This document shows positions 46,577 through 50,385 of a stretch of DNA of 50,385 bases, piece by piece. The notes under the pieces are model-generated. The model worked only from the letters and a program-made list of their open reading frames with translations, had not been told where the DNA came from and made no database searches. Every line of letters begins with the position of its first letter. Within the stretch, counting starts at the first letter, position 1. The DNA is from a virus (taxonomy: Duplodnaviria; Caudoviricetes), in IMG/VR virus record IMGVR_UViG_3300005253_000363, positions 1 through 50,385 of that record. One strand, given 5' to 3'. A program made the translations under genes and the position numbers.

Positions 46577-47160
46577 AACTCATATTAACAGCTAAGTGTA
46601 GGACTCTAATGACTAAAACGCATGTTGCTCTGTTTATATAACTCATATTAACAGCTAACTATCCAATTCTAAAGGCCTAATCCTTATTGTCTCTAAGTTC
46701 ATGCGAAAAAAAGAACTCATCTTAACAGTTAACTATATGATTCTAAAGCATCTATCCTTATTGTCTATGTTCACTAAGTTCTTTCTCTGCCCTTCCCCCC
46801 AAACACCCCCCCTAAGGACTTGCTAAGAAGCTAAGCTGCTAAGCAACCCAACCAGGCGAGCGAGCAAGAGAAAACCCCGGAGAGAGAAAGCGGGAGAGAA
46901 ATACTCTAAGCCCTTGTTATATATGATGTTTTTTTATAATAATAAAATATATACCCCTATAGGGGCTTACTTTCTTAACAAGTCCTCCATAGGGGTGTAG
47001 CCAGACACGCACAGAGGAATACAATAGTGAGCATAGACAATAGTCTCAACTCCTTATGATTCAGTAGCTTGACTGTTAATATGAGTTATAGAAGACGCCT
47101 ATAACTTAGAGACAATAGTCCCAACTCTTTATTATTCAATGCTGTTTTTGTTAATAAAGT
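46577..47160. repeat. Iteron-like direct and inverted repeats around an AT-rich core (candidate origin or packaging site)
   Basis: aactcat(a/c)ttaacag(c/t)taa at 46577, 46640, 46714; inverted copy at 47073; CCCCTATAGGGG at 46954. Confidence 0.7.
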
Positions 47161-47300
47161 ATCTTCTGGCTTCTTTTTACCCCAAGACAGTGTAGGCCAA
47201 GGCAATTATAACAGGTTTAAATACAGATGCTTAGCGTGTGCAGTTTAATCACATTGAACAGGTTACACTTAGCTTCAATATTCACTTACCCTGAATAGAC

Positions 47301-47369
47301 TGTAACATCTCTGTTACACTCTTTTTGGGCTGTATCAAATCTGCTACAAACTGTAACGAATCCGTTACA
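47301..47369. promoter_or_regulatory. Three TGT-N12-ACA palindromic operator or enhancer sites
   Basis: 47301-47318, 47331-47348, 47352-47369; two are TGTAAC-N6-GTTACA. Confidence 0.6.
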
Positions 47370-47481
47370 ACTGCTTTTGGGGGTAATAATTATTGTCACA
47401 AGGGGTGACGCAAATTGTCATAGGTAACTATTTGATTTGATTGGTTATTCGGTATACCCTGCGCGTTATTTGTCACCTTTC

Positions 47482-47556
47482 TTGGCATGGTTCTTGCGCC
47501 GCCTCCTTTAACTGCTTAATATCATTCACTTTCATTACTTTGGCATGGTGATTGCA
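47482..47556 (+). promoter_or_regulatory. Two tandem sigma54-type (-24/-12) promoters
   Basis: TTGGCATGGTTCTTGC and TTGGCATGGTGATTGC, both GG-N10-GC. Confidence 0.7.
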
Positions 47557-47570
47557 TATCTTTTAATATT

Positions 47571-47801
47571 ATGAGAACAACATACCTTGATCCAGACTAT
47601 AGAAAAGACCCGACCAGTGATTTCTTTTGTTGCCGCTGTCAACGGTCACTCAATGGCAAGGCTCACAGATGGGCATTTTTTGAGCGTGATATTTGGGATC
47701 AAGTGATTCATCCAGACGACAAACTTGATGAGCATGAAGGCTTCCCTATTGGCTTAGACTGTGCAAGACAGATTGGAATTGAGTCTACTGTAAAATTGTG
47801 A
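47571..47801 (+). CDS. Early Zn-binding hypothetical protein
   Basis: CCRC...PIGLDCA. Confidence 0.65.
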   Translation: MRTTYLDPDYRKDPTSDFFCCRCQRSLNGKAHRWAFFERDIWDQVIHPDDKLDEHEGFPIGLDCARQIGIESTVKL

Positions 47802-47827
47802 TTATCAATTGAGAATAAGGGGATAAG

Positions 47828-47989
47828 ATGAAATATCAAATTAGGCCGCATTGGTCGGGGGTTGGTTATGAGGTATTTGACTCTGAAAACCTGCACCATG
47901 CCGCCCTGTACATTAGCTCAAAAAGTTGCTGTGAAGCGGTCGCCAGAGAATGCAATAAGGGAGATTTTTCGAGCCTGTCGCCAAATTAA
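47828..47989 (+). CDS. 53-aa early protein
   Basis: AAGGGG RBS; MKYQIRPHWSGVGYEV... Confidence 0.5.
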   Translation: MKYQIRPHWSGVGYEVFDSENLHHAALYISSKSCCEAVARECNKGDFSSLSPN

Positions 47990-48073
47990 CCCCCCGCCGG
48001 AAGGCTTCAATTCTGGAGCCTTCTAACAGGTGATTAAGCCTGATTATCAATTGAACCAAAGGGAGATCAAGAC

Positions 48074-48253
48074 ATGACAACCGCTGAACGAGCTAGAATA
48101 AAAAGGGAGCACGAAGAGGAACGCATTAATCTATGGTATGTGGATGGTATGCAGGACCGAGTAAGAAAAGCATTTCCTGGCTTGCCCCATAATCTCCAGT
48201 TACTCAAATATATTGAGAAGCTGGAAAAGGAATTGTTTGGGGAAACCCTATAA
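48074..48253 (+). CDS. 59-aa early protein
   Basis: GGGAG RBS; MTTAERARIKREHEEE... Confidence 0.55.
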   Translation: MTTAERARIKREHEEERINLWYVDGMQDRVRKAFPGLPHNLQLLKYIEKLEKELFGETL

Positions 48254-48503
48254 AGTTGACCCCAGCACCACAACGCGAACAAAAGGCGAAGAGATTATCA
48301 ATTGAACCGAGAGGTGTTAAAATGAATCACCATGTGATCGCATTTTATAAACATAGAGCAAAATATTGGTATAAGCAGTATCTCCTCGTCCATGAAAAGT
48401 GGTATTGCCTGAATAATTATTAACCCCCCACCGGAGCTTGTCAGGGTCCGCCCTGGTCGGTTTCTGCGGAGAGTTAATCACCATCAAAAGGGAGTATAAA
48501 ATC

Positions 48504-48737
48504 ATGGGAATTTACACAAAAGAGACTGAAATGTTTTCACCCAATGAAGCCTTCGAGGATGCGATCAGGGAAGGGTTGCTGGTTCCTGACAAGGACGCGG
48601 AAAACTCTGCTTATAAATTCATGTACATGTTTTCCAAGCGTGGCAATCCTACTGTTTTTGAATCCGGTACTAAGGGCTTTCACTACCATCATTATTTTAA
48701 GCATTATCATACGCGGGAATATGTCAATACAAAATAA
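48504..48737 (+). CDS. Early hypothetical protein
   Basis: GGGAG RBS; AFEDAI...YKFMYM...FKH...TREY. Confidence 0.6.
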   Translation: MGIYTKETEMFSPNEAFEDAIREGLLVPDKDAENSAYKFMYMFSKRGNPTVFESGTKGFHYHHYFKHYHTREYVNTK

Positions 48738-48794
48738 ATTCCTTATCCACCTGTCAATGTATTCTTACATCTTTACATGTCCTAGAGGCATATC

Positions 48795-49016
48795 ATGAAA
48801 ACCATAATACTATTAATTGGCCTTTCCATTCCCTCTTGGGAAGCACTTCCTAACCGCATGGTATTAATCAACGGTGTTTCATATCACGCGATCCGGGAAA
48901 TCAATTACTGTAAGCGGATGCACTTCAAAAAGTACGATGAAATCATTTTGAAAGCTGGAAAGGTGTGTTACCGGATTGACCGGATGGGGTTCCGTGTTGA
49001 TCTATTGGAGCATTAA
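48795..49016 (+). CDS. Early hypothetical protein
   Basis: ORF with GAGG RBS. Confidence 0.5.
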   Translation: MKTIILLIGLSIPSWEALPNRMVLINGVSYHAIREINYCKRMHFKKYDEIILKAGKVCYRIDRMGFRVDLLEH

Positions 49017-49036
49017 CTTTTGAAAGGGGTAAGGTT

Positions 49037-49243
49037 ATGACAATCACGGTACCTAAATTCAGTGACGCGCACAAGTTAAGAGAAGCAGTCAAGCATTATG
49101 GCCAAACTTGTGAGGCATTCGGCTTTTCCTTAGCTGATAAATGGATGGATATTATTCCAGAGAAAAGGAACAAGATGGACCAGGCTTTAAATGAATTGAA
49201 CGCACTCATTTCAAAGTATGTCGATAACGTGGTAAGGGGGTAA
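49037..49243 (+). CDS. Early hypothetical protein
   Basis: RBS; flanked by a 15-bp repeat. Confidence 0.6.
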   Translation: MTITVPKFSDAHKLREAVKHYGQTCEAFGFSLADKWMDIIPEKRNKMDQALNELNALISKYVDNVVRG

Positions 49244-49247
49244 GGTT

Positions 49248-49439
49248 ATGAAATTTAAACTCGAAGTCGGCCTTAATGATGCTGGTATGCAATTGGATTG
49301 CGGTAGTTTGGACCGTCCAGCACTTTGCGAGGTTCTGGAAAATTGCGAGATCGCTATTATGATGGACCTTGAAAAAGGGAATTTGAAAGACTCAAACGGC
49401 AACACAATCGGCAAGTGGGAGATTATTGAGGATGTTTAA
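49248..49439 (+). CDS. Early hypothetical protein
   Basis: MKFKLE...LKDSNGNTIGKW. Confidence 0.65.
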   Translation: MKFKLEVGLNDAGMQLDCGSLDRPALCEVLENCEIAIMMDLEKGNLKDSNGNTIGKWEIIEDV

Positions 49440-49528
49440 ATCCTGGTGGGACGTATTTGAGTTTATGTTCATAGCCGCGATCCTCTGGCTTATGGCTGTG
49501 CTGATATTAACGCTTTGAAGGAGCAAAA

Positions 49529-49798
49529 ATGAAAGCTAATTGGCCTTCAATAGATCATTCAATACTTTCGCCATCCGGTAAAATATCTAAACGTTCCAAG
49601 GATGCCTACATGAAACGGTTTGTTAAAGAACTATTTGGCCCTGATGGGTTACAGCCTCCCCAATGTCAACAGCTCACCGAAAAAGAGAGGCTGTTAAGAA
49701 ACGCTGGAATGTGGCGTGATTTAGCGAACCGTGGAATGAACCCAGGGAAATATAACAAACAAGCTGATGAAGCTGAGGCCAAAGCGGCATTATTATAA
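49529..49798 (+). CDS. Early hypothetical protein
   Basis: AAGGAG RBS. Confidence 0.6.
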   Translation: MKANWPSIDHSILSPSGKISKRSKDAYMKRFVKELFGPDGLQPPQCQQLTEKERLLRNAGMWRDLANRGMNPGKYNKQADEAEAKAALL

Positions 49799-49839
49799 CC
49801 GACTCCGGCATCTATGCACCAATTAAATGAGGGAGAGTT

Positions 49840-50115
49840 ATGATTACCATAGAGCTTGACATTATGGGAAGTAAGGACAAGCAATCCGTAAAGGGTTACG
49901 CAACTGCCAGTGAGTTTTTAGGGGTGCATAAAGACTCTTGGAATTACTGGAACGTAACTCATTTACTTTCCGGGTTTAAAGTCAAAGGTAAACTGGAACG
50001 TAAGAAGGACGCTATGCACCTGGCTAATGAGATCAAGGATAAACTGGATTGGAGCCAGTCAGCCGAAGATGTCCTAAAAGAGTTTGAATCCAAGGATAAG
50101 AAGCCTTTTATTTAA
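49840..50115 (+). CDS. Early hypothetical protein
   Basis: WNVTHLLSG motif; RBS. Confidence 0.6.
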   Translation: MITIELDIMGSKDKQSVKGYATASEFLGVHKDSWNYWNVTHLLSGFKVKGKLERKKDAMHLANEIKDKLDWSQSAEDVLKEFESKDKKPFI

Positions 50116-50145
50116 TCAACTCACAATTCGAGTAAGGGGGTGGTT

Positions 50146-50346
50146 ATGCTTAAAGTAATCAGTACATCTAAAAATGGATTAAGCCGTCAAGTGGTACACC
50201 TTCTGTCCTTGGGTGGTCTGAGGACTAGGACAAAGCTTGAGGATGTATCAAGACATAAAAAGCCGCGTCAACATTCAACCACGCGCCATCAATGGAAAGT
50301 CGGCGGCAAGTGGCAGGAAATTGATTTCTATTTTGTTAAAGATTAA
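50146..50346 (+). CDS. Early basic hypothetical protein
   Basis: AGGGGG RBS. Confidence 0.5.
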   Translation: MLKVISTSKNGLSRQVVHLLSLGGLRTRTKLEDVSRHKKPRQHSTTRHQWKVGGKWQEIDFYFVKD

Positions 50347-50385
50347 CACCGCCTCCCGGTACGGCGGATTCGGGGAATCTAACGC

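Larger units (their letters stand above)
47800..48305 (+). repeat. GATTATCAATTGA motif, three copies, each before an RBS
   Basis: 47800-47812, 48042-48054, 48293-48305. Confidence 0.85.
1..50385. mobile_element. Tailed dsDNA bacteriophage genome (podovirus-like), near-complete or permuted; no integrase seen
   Basis: Terminase, portal, capsid, nozzle, ejection proteins, spanins and PolA lie in two opposing arms; no tape-measure or sheath gene recognised. Confidence 0.95.

Noticed and set aside
46461-46646. 61-aa ORF in the control region
   Set aside because: It runs through the repeats and has no RBS; likely non-coding
46577-46780. CRISPR mini-array
   Set aside because: The repeats are degenerate, the intervening sequences resemble each other, and inverted copies exist; the Cas4-like gene is a typical solo phage nuclease
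48419-48478. Integron attC site
   Set aside because: The ends do not fit RYYYAAC/GTTRRRY exactly and no integron integrase is present

Overview
The window is most or all of a ~50 kb dsDNA tailed phage genome with podovirus-type architecture; it starts mid-gene, so it is probably permuted or incomplete. The rightward arm (47571-50385, then 1-15653) holds early and accessory micro-genes, a cytosine methyltransferase, a recombination module (Cas4-like nuclease, Sak4-like ATPase, SSB), a cluster of structured-RNA-like elements, a UDG-fused family A DNA polymerase, dCTP deaminase and a P-loop helicase-like protein. The leftward arm (46200 down to 15699) holds accessory genes including a DarG-like macrodomain, TerS, TerL, receptor-binding proteins, spanins, portal, scaffold, capsid, adaptors, nozzle and ejection proteins. 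A 1.3 kb non-coding control region separates the arms and contains iteron-like repeats, a leftward sigma70-type promoter and two sigma54-type promoters. Three observations stand out. (1) Both PolA and TerL are cleanly split into two genes by blocks of four passenger genes, with no visible intron or intein. (2) Small genes appear repeatedly inserted at gene starts, leaving a duplicated, synonymously recoded N-terminal stub or a duplicated RBS. (3) There is a tandem array of closed-stem, partly tRNA-like ncRNA candidates. All functional calls come from motif recognition by eye; no database searches were run.
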